From the IMG/VR virus record IMGVR_UViG_3300048597_000042, positions 1 to 61,902 of that record: a stretch of 61,902 bases of DNA; one strand, given 5' to 3'. The notes beneath the pieces were generated by a model that worked only from the letters and a program-made list of their open reading frames with translations, did not search any database and had not been told where the DNA came from. This DNA is from a virus. Lineage: Duplodnaviria > Caudoviricetes. A program made the translations under genes and the position numbers. Positions 28,061-37,253 of this stretch are shown piece by piece. The first letter of the stretch is position 1. Each line of letters starts with the position of its first letter.

Positions 28061-30619
28061 TTAGCAAGCCGCTTGAAGTATAGACCAGTTAAACGCTATT
28101 TGCTGAGGCGTTTTGCTGTTGGATATGTACTGTCCTGAAGCATCAACGCATCCACCGGTAACGGTTAGGTCTACGTCTATTAGTTCTGGAGGTTCTGGAT
28201 TACACGAACTTGCTTGCATAATTACAGTTACTCGCAAAGAGTTTATATTTGCAGTCCAGAAATCTACACCTCCAACACCGGGGTTAACGCCCGGAGGAAG
28301 CGGACTTCCGTCACCTCTAGCAAACGAAACACTTTGCAAAGTAAACCTTCCAGCGATATTAAACACCGGGGCCGGTATTGGATCTAAACGCAAACGGCAA
28401 GCCTGAGTTGGGGTGTTTGAAGTTATAGTTCCAACAAGCGTGACTTGACCACCTACAGGTATCGGGAACGCAGAATATTGTGGCGTTGCCTGTGTAGATT
28501 GGAAATTGCAACAATTTGGGTTTCCTACTACGCCAGTTACAGCAGGAAAGGTTAAGTTTGTTGGAAACTCCCGCGTGGAGTTTGCTATAGGAACTCCAAG
28601 ATTGTTGACGCACAAAGCTCTTACAAGCCAGTCTACGCTAACCGAGCTTTCGGTCAAAGCCGTAGCTAAGAAGGTGTACGTTGTAGTAAACTGAGTTATG
28701 TTGTTTACAAAGAAATCTATTTCCGTAGCTGTAGTATCCAGCACAGGAACTGTATCAGTTACGCTTGATATAGCCCAGCCAGCGGGTACAGCAGGCGACC
28801 CTAATGGGAATGTTCTAGTTCTGTTGTTTACGTTATTGCTGCCGAACACAGTAACAGCAAGCGTGAACGTGCTGCCGACTATAACTGGAGCCGTGGGTGG
28901 GGTAAGCACAAACTGAACGTTTATGCCGCAGTCAGCAGGTGGGGGTGGCTCACCATCGCAGTTTAACGTTACTGCTGGGAAAACTACAGGCGCGCTACCA
29001 TCTACAAACGAATCAGGCAGTTGGTTTACGAAGCTGTTAAAACACGCTCCTTGGACTGTAAGCGTCCTAGTGGCACCCGGATCGCAACTATTTGCTTTAA
29101 GGTTTATAGTGCTAGTTATGCTAGTAAGCCCGGCAGCGTTGTGGTTTATGCCAGTGCTTAACGTTTGCCCCGGTGCGGTAGAAGACAAGCTATCTACAAC
29201 CCAGCCGGTACCAGCAACGAGCGCGTTTAAAGCGGCTGTATCGACTACAAACAGACGCCCGTGGCAAGCGCTGTCAGCACGCGCTACAGATACCACTTCT
29301 ATAGTAGCTGTTTGGCCTACACTTACCGGCGCTGCTGGAAAACTAGTTGTAACAGCTATGTTCAGCCCACAGCATCCACCGGGCGGCGGAGGGAGGACAA
29401 CAGCGCAGTCTTCTGTAATAGCCGGTAGAGTAACGTTGATCGGATACACTACTCCCGATCCTTCGATAGTCTGACCGAACGCGTTCCTACAGTTACCGTC
29501 TAACGTCATAGACAGTACGCGCCCTGAAGGGTTGCAGGCTTCTGCGCTAAATATAAGGTCTAGAGTCCACGACGTGACGTTTGAAGTAAAGAAGTCTGTG
29601 TTAGTGAACGGGTTGACCCCACTAAACACAGAGTCTAAAAACCGCCAGCCGTTTACAGTCCCGAGTATGTTTGCTACGCTGACACCGTTCGTGAACGCGC
29701 GGCAAGCCGCTAAGTTGCTTCCAGTAGCGGTTATCCTAAGAGTTATCGTATCGCCAAGACCATATGGCCCTGACCCTATAACGCTGTGCGTGAACTGTAG
29801 ATTGCAGCAGTTAGATGGCGGCGGAGTTTCTTCGCAGTCAAACTCGCACATATAGTTTGCAAACGAACGTGCACGAACCCAGCGCAAGCAGTTGTTGCTA
29901 TCTAAGACTACGAACTTTAACTGGGAAACCGGCGCGCTGGCTGGCTGAACTAAAGCTCCGAGATTACACGGCGCGTTGGGGTCTGATATCGCGGCATAAA
30001 GCCCGTCATCACGAGCAAATAGCTCATTACCGGGGTCTTCTGACAGTTTAACGTGCGAATTAAGTACGCCATCTGTGATTTCATGTGCTACTGTCGGAGA
30101 CTCAAAAACTCCAAAAAGCCCGGCGTTAGAAACGCGCCAACTACCGCTACCTAGATTCTGGATTGTTATGCCGGGGCCGGCGACTATTTGAACATCTTGT
30201 GGGCTAACGCAAGTGCATAAGAACCGCAGCGCTTCTGCGATTTCATCATACCACTCATGCGTCATACTAAACGGCCACCAGAATGCTTTTACTGGGCCTT
30301 CTATGTCTGACGCCGCTAGCCTGTAGCGGCCTGATCTATGCAGAACTACTTCATTGCGCTCAGAAGTAAGCGCTATTTCTTCTCCGTTAGGTCTGTACTC
30401 TTCCGATATTTCAGAACTTCCAACATCGGCTACTTGAAGTACGGTTAATCGAGAGTCTCCTGTAAGGCCGAACGCCGCTATTTTTACAGGCTCTCGATCG
30501 ACTACGATAACAGGCGAGCTGTCTTGTACAGTAGGCGAAAACGCCGCGCTAGACAAAAGCACCGTAGACTGGCCGGAAGCCAGCGTTGGAGTAGGGCTTT
30601 TAGATATTGGGTTTGCCAT
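28061..30619 (-). CDS. virion appendage protein with four Cys-rich beta modules
   Basis: N-terminal ~265 aa paralogous to 26426-28051, followed by four ~140-aa Cys-patterned repeats. Confidence 0.72.
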   Translation of the reverse strand: MANPISKSPTPTLASGQSTVLLSSAAFSPTVQDSSPVIVVDREPVKIAAFGLTGDSRLTVLQVADVGSSEISEEYRPNGEEIALTSERNEVVLHRSGRYRLAASDIEGPVKAFWWPFSMTHEWYDEIAEALRFLCTCVSPQDVQIVAGPGITIQNLGSGSWRVSNAGLFGVFESPTVAHEITDGVLNSHVKLSEDPGNELFARDDGLYAAISDPNAPCNLGALVQPASAPVSQLKFVVLDSNNCLRWVRARSFANYMCEFDCEETPPPSNCCNLQFTHSVIGSGPYGLGDTITLRITATGSNLAACRAFTNGVSVANILGTVNGWRFLDSVFSGVNPFTNTDFFTSNVTSWTLDLIFSAEACNPSGRVLSMTLDGNCRNAFGQTIEGSGVVYPINVTLPAITEDCAVVLPPPPGGCCGLNIAVTTSFPAAPVSVGQTATIEVVSVARADSACHGRLFVVDTAALNALVAGTGWVVDSLSSTAPGQTLSTGINHNAAGLTSITSTINLKANSCDPGATRTLTVQGACFNSFVNQLPDSFVDGSAPVVFPAVTLNCDGEPPPPADCGINVQFVLTPPTAPVIVGSTFTLAVTVFGSNNVNNRTRTFPLGSPAVPAGWAISSVTDTVPVLDTTATEIDFFVNNITQFTTTYTFLATALTESSVSVDWLVRALCVNNLGVPIANSTREFPTNLTFPAVTGVVGNPNCCNFQSTQATPQYSAFPIPVGGQVTLVGTITSNTPTQACRLRLDPIPAPVFNIAGRFTLQSVSFARGDGSPLPPGVNPGVGGVDFWTANINSLRVTVIMQASSCNPEPPELIDVDLTVTGGCVDASGQYISNSKTPQQIAFNWSILQAAC

Positions 30620-30621
30620 AA

Positions 30622-30903
30622 TTACGCCGTAAAGATCGCGTTGTGGAGGCTAGTTTTGATCTGAGTAAACAAAGCCCACCTAGCATTATCTTTAGGCACC
30701 GGCAGTGCGTCAGTAGGGTCGCGCCAATACAGCGTCTTACGGTTAAAATTGCCTACTCCTTGCAGTGTATACCCTACAAATCGCTGGCCAAATCTAACAA
30801 CAAATCGCTGTTCTACGGGCTTTAGCTCGACTACCGTACCGGGTCCATACGCCACGTCATGGACACTATCGCCTAAAACTAGAGTGCTATTGTCAAATTG
30901 CAT
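30622..30903 (-). CDS. hypothetical protein, SH3/KOW-like
   Basis: LGDSVHDVAYGPGTVV....RFVVRF. Confidence 0.65.
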   Translation of the reverse strand: MQFDNSTLVLGDSVHDVAYGPGTVVELKPVEQRFVVRFGQRFVGYTLQGVGNFNRKTLYWRDPTDALPVPKDNARWALFTQIKTSLHNAIFTA

Positions 30904-30906
30904 GTG

Positions 30907-32898
30907 TCAAGCTCCCGTGGGCACGTTGACGGGTGTCGGAGCCGGAGGGTTAGTAGACGGCGGCTGGCTCTGCGGGGGTAATGATACAGGATTTGAAGCG
31001 CCTCTGTCGAGGCCGTTGACCACGCCGACTCTGCCAAGCGCCGATTGCAGATCGTTGATACGTTGAGGGTCTGGTATAATGTCGTCTACTGGCAAGCCTG
31101 TAGTTTTAAGTATCTCACGCAGGAGTGTTTTAATACTATCTGCATCAAGAACTCCTGCCTGAACGTAGGGCGTCAGCAAGTTTAGTATTTCTATTGTTCT
31201 AGTTTGAGCTAGTTCACGCTGCAATAAACCCGACGCGCCGCGCGCTACTATTTGCGCGTCAGCTTTTATGTCTTCTTCCTCGCCTACAGTCATGTTTAAA
31301 ACATAGTACGACTGTATCATCGGCTCGATGATGTCACGGTCAATGTTTAGAAGTACTTGCTTTATGCCCTTAGCGGCGTTGCCCATAAGCATAGACAACC
31401 CGCCGAGTGTACGGCCTGCGCCTGCTACTTGTGGGCTACCTAGTACATACGCCGGAACTTGGCTAAAGTCGTCCGCCAATTTCATGTAATAAGCAAAGGC
31501 TTCGAGTAACTGAGCTGCAACGTTGGGCACTAGCTTAAACTTAAGCGCCTCACCGTTCTGCCCTGAATAGTCTGGCTTAACGCTGTATATCCGAAAAGGT
31601 TCGACTTCTGTAGGATTTTCTCCTGCCTCAAACCGCTCTACTACTGCTTCTGCAATCGGACCTGCTGAATACGCAAAGTTACGTAAGGCAGCGCGCATAG
31701 ACGCGTTGGCCATGCGCTCAATATCGCGAACTAAATCTACAGTACCGTTACCGGCAAATGTGCCGGGTATCTTACTGAACGATGTACCATACACCGGCCT
31801 AACTAGTAGCGGGTGCGTGTTCAACACTGCACGTATGCATACGTCGTCTATAACCCATACTTCGCTTTCGTAATGCTGCTGAACATCTGGAATGATAACG
31901 CCGTTGTCAGCCAGTAATTCTCCCGGCACAAGACCATTCATTACAAGAACTTCAACTAAGTTGCCGCTAAAAAGCGTTTCTTCTTTCTCTTCAAGGTCGT
32001 CTCGACTGCTGTCTCCGTTAGCTTCTAACGAAAACCCGTGTCTATAACTATCGAGGACGTTTCTGATTGCTTCTTCATTGAAACCGGGGAGGCCGATACA
32101 ATTGTGCAACTGTGCGTGCCCCATCCGTGCCCGATGTATGAAATATTCACCATCCTGCGGATTTGTGGAGTCGGGGGACCAGAAACAGTCGAATGGAGAA
32201 ATTGCTTTGACACTCCATACGGGCTGTTGGGAAACTCTATACTTATCTCCGTCCCACCGTCCCACGGGCTTGGATGTAATGACAGGCGCGCGGAGTACCG
32301 AAAAGGGAAAGACAGTGAGGTTGTGTATGAACGCAGCAAACTCATTCCTCCAGCCGCCTTCAATAAGTTGGTCTTCGATATGCTTTTCCATACCAGAAGC
32401 CGCGCGCTCTGCCTGAGCTTGAGCGTACTTTAGCGTAGCGGTTTTAAGCTCTTTAGCTTTGTCTATTAGCATAGACATGTCTTGCATGTCGCCCATTGCG
32501 GCAAGCTCATCTTCAAGCATGTCTACTACTTGTTCTTTCATCCACTCAGGCAGCTCCGGAATCGGAGTAGTTTTGAGAGTGAACGGTTTATCTATAGAAC
32601 TCAGCAGGATATCAGTGATCCACGATTCCGCGCCTTTGCTTTTGAGGTCGCAGATTCCAACGTATATGTCTATCCCTTTGTGCAAGTCCAGCTCTTCTTG
32701 CGTATACTCCCGCTTTTTAGCGCGAAGGCATGCTTCGAGTCTACGCCCTAGCCCTATTTCAGTCCTGTGCTGCTCGGCTATATTAAACTTCTGCCGTACA
32801 TAACGTCCTAAAGCCTGCTCTATAGCAAGCTGAGATATGTGAGCATCATACGCCGAGAAGGCGTCATTCGACTCAGGGGTTTCGGACGTTTGCACCAT
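30907..32898 (-). CDS. portal protein
   Basis: 663 aa; ISPFDCFWSPD, RT.GGLSMLMGNAAKGIKQV..NID and IKAD.QIVARGA motifs of podoviral portals. Confidence 0.88.
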   Translation of the reverse strand: MVQTSETPESNDAFSAYDAHISQLAIEQALGRYVRQKFNIAEQHRTEIGLGRRLEACLRAKKREYTQEELDLHKGIDIYVGICDLKSKGAESWITDILLSSIDKPFTLKTTPIPELPEWMKEQVVDMLEDELAAMGDMQDMSMLIDKAKELKTATLKYAQAQAERAASGMEKHIEDQLIEGGWRNEFAAFIHNLTVFPFSVLRAPVITSKPVGRWDGDKYRVSQQPVWSVKAISPFDCFWSPDSTNPQDGEYFIHRARMGHAQLHNCIGLPGFNEEAIRNVLDSYRHGFSLEANGDSSRDDLEEKEETLFSGNLVEVLVMNGLVPGELLADNGVIIPDVQQHYESEVWVIDDVCIRAVLNTHPLLVRPVYGTSFSKIPGTFAGNGTVDLVRDIERMANASMRAALRNFAYSAGPIAEAVVERFEAGENPTEVEPFRIYSVKPDYSGQNGEALKFKLVPNVAAQLLEAFAYYMKLADDFSQVPAYVLGSPQVAGAGRTLGGLSMLMGNAAKGIKQVLLNIDRDIIEPMIQSYYVLNMTVGEEEDIKADAQIVARGASGLLQRELAQTRTIEILNLLTPYVQAGVLDADSIKTLLREILKTTGLPVDDIIPDPQRINDLQSALGRVGVVNGLDRGASNPVSLPPQSQPPSTNPPAPTPVNVPTGA

Positions 32899-33148
32899 TT
32901 GCCTTTCTCTCTAAATCTTCTAAAGCGATTATGCAACTACGGTACGCCCCAGCGGCGTAGATGTAAAACATTATAGCTTCTTCGTCAGTCTTTGATCTGC
33001 TGACCGGAGGAAACGGCAACACTGGGTTGGCCACAACTGTCGGACAAGTTTTCTCCTCGGGCAATTCGTTCCGCTTGTTCCAGTATGCACAACTCGTCAG
33101 CATCAAGCTGGCGAGGCTCACGACTGATACCGCTGCTAATTTTCGCAT
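32873..33148 (-). CDS. o-spanin (Rz1-like lipoprotein)
   Basis: MRKLAAVSVVSLASLMLTS-C lipobox; Pro-rich; overlaps the i-spanin 3' end in another frame. Confidence 0.82.
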   Translation of the reverse strand: MRKLAAVSVVSLASLMLTSCAYWNKRNELPEEKTCPTVVANPVLPFPPVSRSKTDEEAIMFYIYAAGAYRSCIIALEDLERKANGANVRNP

Positions 33149-33428
33149 TCTGCACCGCCTGTTGTAAGACTCCAAACTGGGTAGCGTATTGCCTGTCGGA
33201 CTGCGCGTTGTTCTGAAGTATCCTATCTAGACTTTGTGATTTTTCAGACTCTAGCGTAGCTTTAAAGTTAGTAAACTCTATATCTTTTTTAAGCAGTCTT
33301 GCTTCGTACCTAATGTCTTGTATAGTCCAAGCACCAACAGCTCCTGCTAGAATTCCGACAGCAGCTAGGCCAGCGCAAAGTTTCTTCATCAGACCAGCAG
33401 TAGGTACTTTTGCGACTGTTGTTATCAC
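32985..33428 (-). CDS. i-spanin (Rz-like)
   Basis: N-terminal TM segment followed by a helical domain; follows the endolysin; start may be 33389. Confidence 0.78.
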   Translation of the reverse strand: MITTVAKVPTAGLMKKLCAGLAAVGILAGAVGAWTIQDIRYEARLLKKDIEFTNFKATLESEKSQSLDRILQNNAQSDRQYATQFGVLQQAVQNAKISSGISREPRQLDADELCILEQAERIARGENLSDSCGQPSVAVSSGQQIKD

Positions 33429-33429
33429 G

Positions 33430-34143
33430 TTATACTCCCTTCTCTTTGTAGACTCTGAACCTGCCCCATGCAGCTAACGCAATGCCGGCAAGTGTCAAAA
33501 GCACAAAAACGGTTTGTATAAGTTCGCTCTTGTCCGCCAGAGGCGCCATCTGCGTTGCCATGGTGCTGGCTTCTGCGCCGAGAACGCCTACTGTAGTGAC
33601 CGCCAAGCCCGCATTAGTGGCAGACCTCACAGGGTAGCGGGGGTCTTGCTGCGGCGCGTCTCCAGACGGCTGTGGGGAGCCCATGGAGAGGAGCATGCCC
33701 TGCTCGAAGAGTCCTCGCTCTTTTGCGCGGCGAGCGACGAGACCCGGCGCGACTTCCATTTTCTTAGTGACAGGATTCCTGACATGTACCCAGCGGGTAA
33801 ACTGCTCAGCCGCTCCAACTAAATTACCAGCATTCAGTTTCTTCAATAGCGTAGAGGTAGTAAACTGCCCGCAGCCGAAATTGAACACGAAGCTAACCAG
33901 AGCATCGAATATTTGCTGGTTTATCTTTACGGTGACTTTATCGTTAACGCACTGTTCGCAGACTATTATGTCTCGGGACAGCAAGTTATCGGCCTGCTCT
34001 TGGTCTATCCGCATACCTTTCTTGGCGGTGCGAGTATGGCCGTACCCTATAGTCCATTTACCGCCCGGACACACGTACGCCGAGAGTCGCAACCCCTCGG
34101 CGTTTTTTATCATGTTACGAGCTATTTCGCTTGTTCTGTGCAT
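33430..34143 (-). CDS. endolysin, GH24 phage lysozyme with hydrophobic C-terminal extension
   Basis: EGLRLSAYVCPGGKWTIGYGHT, FDALVSFVFNFG, STLLKKLNAG and GLVARRAKE motifs. Confidence 0.94.
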   Translation of the reverse strand: MHRTSEIARNMIKNAEGLRLSAYVCPGGKWTIGYGHTRTAKKGMRIDQEQADNLLSRDIIVCEQCVNDKVTVKINQQIFDALVSFVFNFGCGQFTTSTLLKKLNAGNLVGAAEQFTRWVHVRNPVTKKMEVAPGLVARRAKERGLFEQGMLLSMGSPQPSGDAPQQDPRYPVRSATNAGLAVTTVGVLGAEASTMATQMAPLADKSELIQTVFVLLTLAGIALAAWGRFRVYKEKGV

Positions 34144-34411
34144 GGCTTATCCCGTGGCTGCTGAGAACGCCTTCTAGGTTATTTACTAAACACTCAAGCT
34201 CGTTTATGTAGTCTTCCCGTTCTTTCAGCTTTTTGACAAGTTCGTCTCTAAGCATTGTGTTAACAGTGAGTGTAGTGCGTATCTCGTTGACTACTTGAAA
34301 CACAAACTTATACGTAATGTACAGTAGTCCAAGAGTGACTATCAGTAATGTCGTATTCAGTGGAGCCCGTGCTAAAAACTCCAGCCACTCAGCGATGTCG
34401 TTCGGTTCCAT
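34115..34411 (-). CDS. putative holin
   Basis: One TM segment plus coiled coil, directly upstream of the endolysin. Confidence 0.55.
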   Translation of the reverse strand: MEPNDIAEWLEFLARAPLNTTLLIVTLGLLYITYKFVFQVVNEIRTTLTVNTMLRDELVKKLKEREDYINELECLVNNLEGVLSSHGISHAQNKRNSS

Positions 34412-34418
34412 AGCGGGC

Positions 34419-34446
34419 TTGACGGCTGTCGTGGCGTAAGTATACT
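34419..34446 (+). promoter_or_regulatory. sigma70-like promoter, antisense to the late operon
   Basis: TTGACG-N16-TATACT in an intergenic gap. Confidence 0.7.
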
Positions 34447-34451
34447 AACAA

Positions 34452-34578
34452 CGGGGCTGCACGGCTACCACGGCTTGAGGACCTTTCCCCCCGTTCTCAG
34501 CCGGCCCGCAGGTGTTCAAGGCGCTAAGCCTATCAGGGCGGACACAAGAGTAGCGCCGGACGCGTAACCGGCATTATT
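34452..34578 (+). ncRNA. candidate structured small RNA
   Basis: Follows the promoter; hairpin CGGCT(T)GAGGAC...GTTCTCAGCCG with a C/U loop, GTGTTC/GGACAC stem, terminal GCCGG/CCGGC hairpin; no ORF. Confidence 0.45.
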
Positions 34579-34807
34579 CGGCGTTTCTTTTCACGTCCGA
34601 TATGTCGTCTGCTATCACTTTAAGCACGCCCATATGGCCGAACGTGTAGCAGTCCCCAAGCACGTACGTAGTGAACCCTCCCACGTCCTCGACGATTAAC
34701 AGCACGCTTTCTGGTGCTCTTTCTCCTACATGCTCGCGCATTATATCCGTAACTTCTTCCGTAAAATCGCGTACTTTTGGATTCTTAAACTTGACGACGT
34801 TAGTCAC
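34574..34807 (-). CDS. hypothetical protein
   Basis: 77 aa, GTG start with GAGG RBS; N-terminal NVVKF. Confidence 0.7.
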   Translation of the reverse strand: MTNVVKFKNPKVRDFTEEVTDIMREHVGERAPESVLLIVEDVGGFTTYVLGDCYTFGHMGVLKVIADDISDVKRNAE

Positions 34808-34847
34808 TACGAGCCCTCATTTGTGTATGCGAAGTGGTTGAAGCATA

Positions 34848-36332
34848 TCACGCCCAAGCGTAGCCCTGTGCAACCCGTTTTTCCCCGCCTCGCTGGTTAG
34901 GTACTCCCGCAAACCCGAACCTAATATACAAGCACAGGTACTGCAAGGCGTCAGCGATGTGCGAGTAGGGATTGAGTTTGTCTGGTTTTTCACGGTGCTG
35001 CGCAGAGTTCGATAGCTTGGCGTAACAATACCCCCCAGCAAGAGCCTCTCTAAGCATACGTAGTCTAGGATCGAGTATAACACCGCTAGTCCTATTGAGG
35101 AAATAGTCTACTGCTTCTTTGCGCGTCTGAAAAGCGTTATTGCCTATCGGACGTACCATGATTCCTCTAGAGCGCACCACGTCTAGCGGCGTTCGTTTGT
35201 CAAGACCTGAGCGCCCTCGTCCTGCCGGATCACCAACAGCCTCTATCTTAAACCCATTGTACTTATTACGTAACAGCGGCACTACGTAGTCGTCCATGAA
35301 CGACTCTAAGTCTTCGTTTTCAGGGCTAAACTCATCTAGTATGTGCAGTCTGCCCATTGGACTCAGTTGAGCCGCGACCATTGCTGGGTTTAGCCCCCAG
35401 TCAAACCCTAAAATCAGCGGTATTCCTCGGTTTGGTATCAGTGGTTCTTTAGCTACATGAAGCGATTCTTGATATTGCGGGAACACTGGCAAGCCATGCC
35501 GCACCATGCCGTACTCGTTGCCAAGAAAAACTCGGATTTCATCTTCAGACAGGCGTTTTAGCTGTTCGGTGTAGTAGTCATCCGGTAAATGGCCGAGGTT
35601 TTCTGCTTCAATGTTAGGAGTCCACGTTTTTGTCTCGTAGTCGTAGTACACCGCAGGCGGGTACTTGAACAGTTTGGAGACCTTCGGATTTGGTTTTTTG
35701 TTTTCAAACTCATCGTACAGCCAGTGGCTAGTTCTTGGCGGGTTTGTGTCAGCAATTACGCCTTTCCAAGTCGGTCCATAGAGCCGTTTTCCGTTCGCGT
35801 CTTTAACTGTTTGTGGAAAACGCAGGCGAGTAAATATTCTTTCAAAGATTGCTCGGTTAATTTCAGAGGCTTCGTTCAGCCATGCCCCTGTATATTCAGA
35901 CGAAAGCAGTTTGTTAGCGTCTTCTGGCCTATCAAGCGCCATGAATATAAAACGAGCGTCTATTTTCGTACCGTCTCCGGACGGATGAGGGCAGTTTATT
36001 CGCCCTTCAATGGGGTAGTCATACGTTATTTTACATATCGAAGGCGGTACCCACTTAACAAAGGTCTCAACTGTCGTCGATTCCAGCATTGGATACGTAT
36101 TTCGGACGATTAACCACTTGCTTTCGCGCACGTCGTTGGCGTTTGGCTCTTGCGCTAGTGCACGAAACAACAGTTCCATAACGCAAGCTACGGATTTACC
36201 GCATCCCACAGGGCCAAACAGGCACCGAAAGCCGGCATCAGAGTCGTGGAACTCTGATCCTGTGGGGGTTGCCGAGTAGTTTATGGAGTTTTCGACAGGC
36301 TTTTGCGCTACTGCGTGCTTAGGCTTCGCCAT
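34848..36332 (-). CDS. terL: terminase large subunit
   Basis: Walker A GPVGCGKS, VRNTYPML, Walker B AWLNEA, DTNPP, nuclease GFDWG and HIADALQY. Confidence 0.95.
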   Translation of the reverse strand: MAKPKHAVAQKPVENSINYSATPTGSEFHDSDAGFRCLFGPVGCGKSVACVMELLFRALAQEPNANDVRESKWLIVRNTYPMLESTTVETFVKWVPPSICKITYDYPIEGRINCPHPSGDGTKIDARFIFMALDRPEDANKLLSSEYTGAWLNEASEINRAIFERIFTRLRFPQTVKDANGKRLYGPTWKGVIADTNPPRTSHWLYDEFENKKPNPKVSKLFKYPPAVYYDYETKTWTPNIEAENLGHLPDDYYTEQLKRLSEDEIRVFLGNEYGMVRHGLPVFPQYQESLHVAKEPLIPNRGIPLILGFDWGLNPAMVAAQLSPMGRLHILDEFSPENEDLESFMDDYVVPLLRNKYNGFKIEAVGDPAGRGRSGLDKRTPLDVVRSRGIMVRPIGNNAFQTRKEAVDYFLNRTSGVILDPRLRMLREALAGGYCYAKLSNSAQHREKPDKLNPYSHIADALQYLCLYIRFGFAGVPNQRGGEKRVAQGYAWA

Positions 36333-36855
36333 ATGCGTCCGCTTCTAAGTCTATCACGTTTTTCTCTTTGCGGTTAAACGAAACATTAAGCACAAAAGGT
36401 GCTGTAGTGGTGCCTTTTATTTCTCGGCGCTCGCTAAACAAGTCTTTGTTGTACGACTTGGCCATGAATCGCATATGCTCGGCCATTGCCGACGCGCGTG
36501 CAACGTCGGCTTTTGAGTGTATGTCGGCGTTTTCAAGGTCGTCAATAGCCTTAAATGCAAACTCTTCACCTGCTACTTCAAGCGCTAGGTTGTACGCTTC
36601 AAGTTTTTCAGGATCAGATTTTATCCACCTCTTCAGCGTTATAGGGCTGAGTTGTAGATAGTTTGACACGTCGCGGGTACTAACGCCATAAGCGAGCATT
36701 TCTGCTATACGGCCCATGGTGACTTCTTCTAAATACTGCTCTGGTATTAAGTGTCTAGCAGGGAAGTTATACAATCCTTCGGGCGCAAAGCCGCTTAACG
36801 TCACGTAGCTTGTGAGCGTTTTACTTGATCTGAGAGGGGCGAGTTGCTTAGCCAT
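36319..36855 (-). CDS. terS: terminase small subunit
   Basis: HTH-like region followed by helical domain; overlaps the terL start. Confidence 0.75.
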   Translation of the reverse strand: MAKQLAPLRSSKTLTSYVTLSGFAPEGLYNFPARHLIPEQYLEEVTMGRIAEMLAYGVSTRDVSNYLQLSPITLKRWIKSDPEKLEAYNLALEVAGEEFAFKAIDDLENADIHSKADVARASAMAEHMRFMAKSYNKDLFSERREIKGTTTAPFVLNVSFNRKEKNVIDLEADAYGEA

Positions 36856-36861
36856 GGCGTT

Positions 36862-36890
36862 ATATTACGCGGGCTGCTACAAAAAATCAA
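36862..36890 (-). promoter_or_regulatory. sigma70-like late promoter
   Basis: TTGATT-N17-TAATAT ending 6 nt before the terS ATG. Confidence 0.6.
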
Positions 36891-37205
36891 TAGGGTAGGG
36901 TCGCGGTCCTTGTGGGGGGTAGGTTTAGTTGGTTGATGTTTACGGTGCCGTTTTCCGGGATGTCGGAGTTATAGGGGTGTGGGTGTTGGACGCCGGCGCG
37001 CCGGGGGTGCTTGGTCCGCATAGGGGTACCAGCCGCCACCCTACAAACCGCACCACAAACGACACAACAAACGACACAACAAAACCAGCAACCAGAACAT
37101 AAATTCAATAAAGTAAAATTCTGGAAACGTCATGGCACAATCCAATGCGATCCGGTTGCCAAATGCATAGCAATTCACGTAACAGAATTCAGGTATTCAG
37201 GCAAT

Positions 37206-37236
37206 AAAAAACCCGCGCCGAATTCGGCGCGGGTTT
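37206..37236 (-). terminator. intrinsic terminator
   Basis: CCCGCGCCG-AATT-CGGCGCGGG followed by TTTTTT on the minus strand, just after the 37254-37685 gene. Confidence 0.88.
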
Positions 37237-37253
37237 GGTTGAACTACTTGCCG

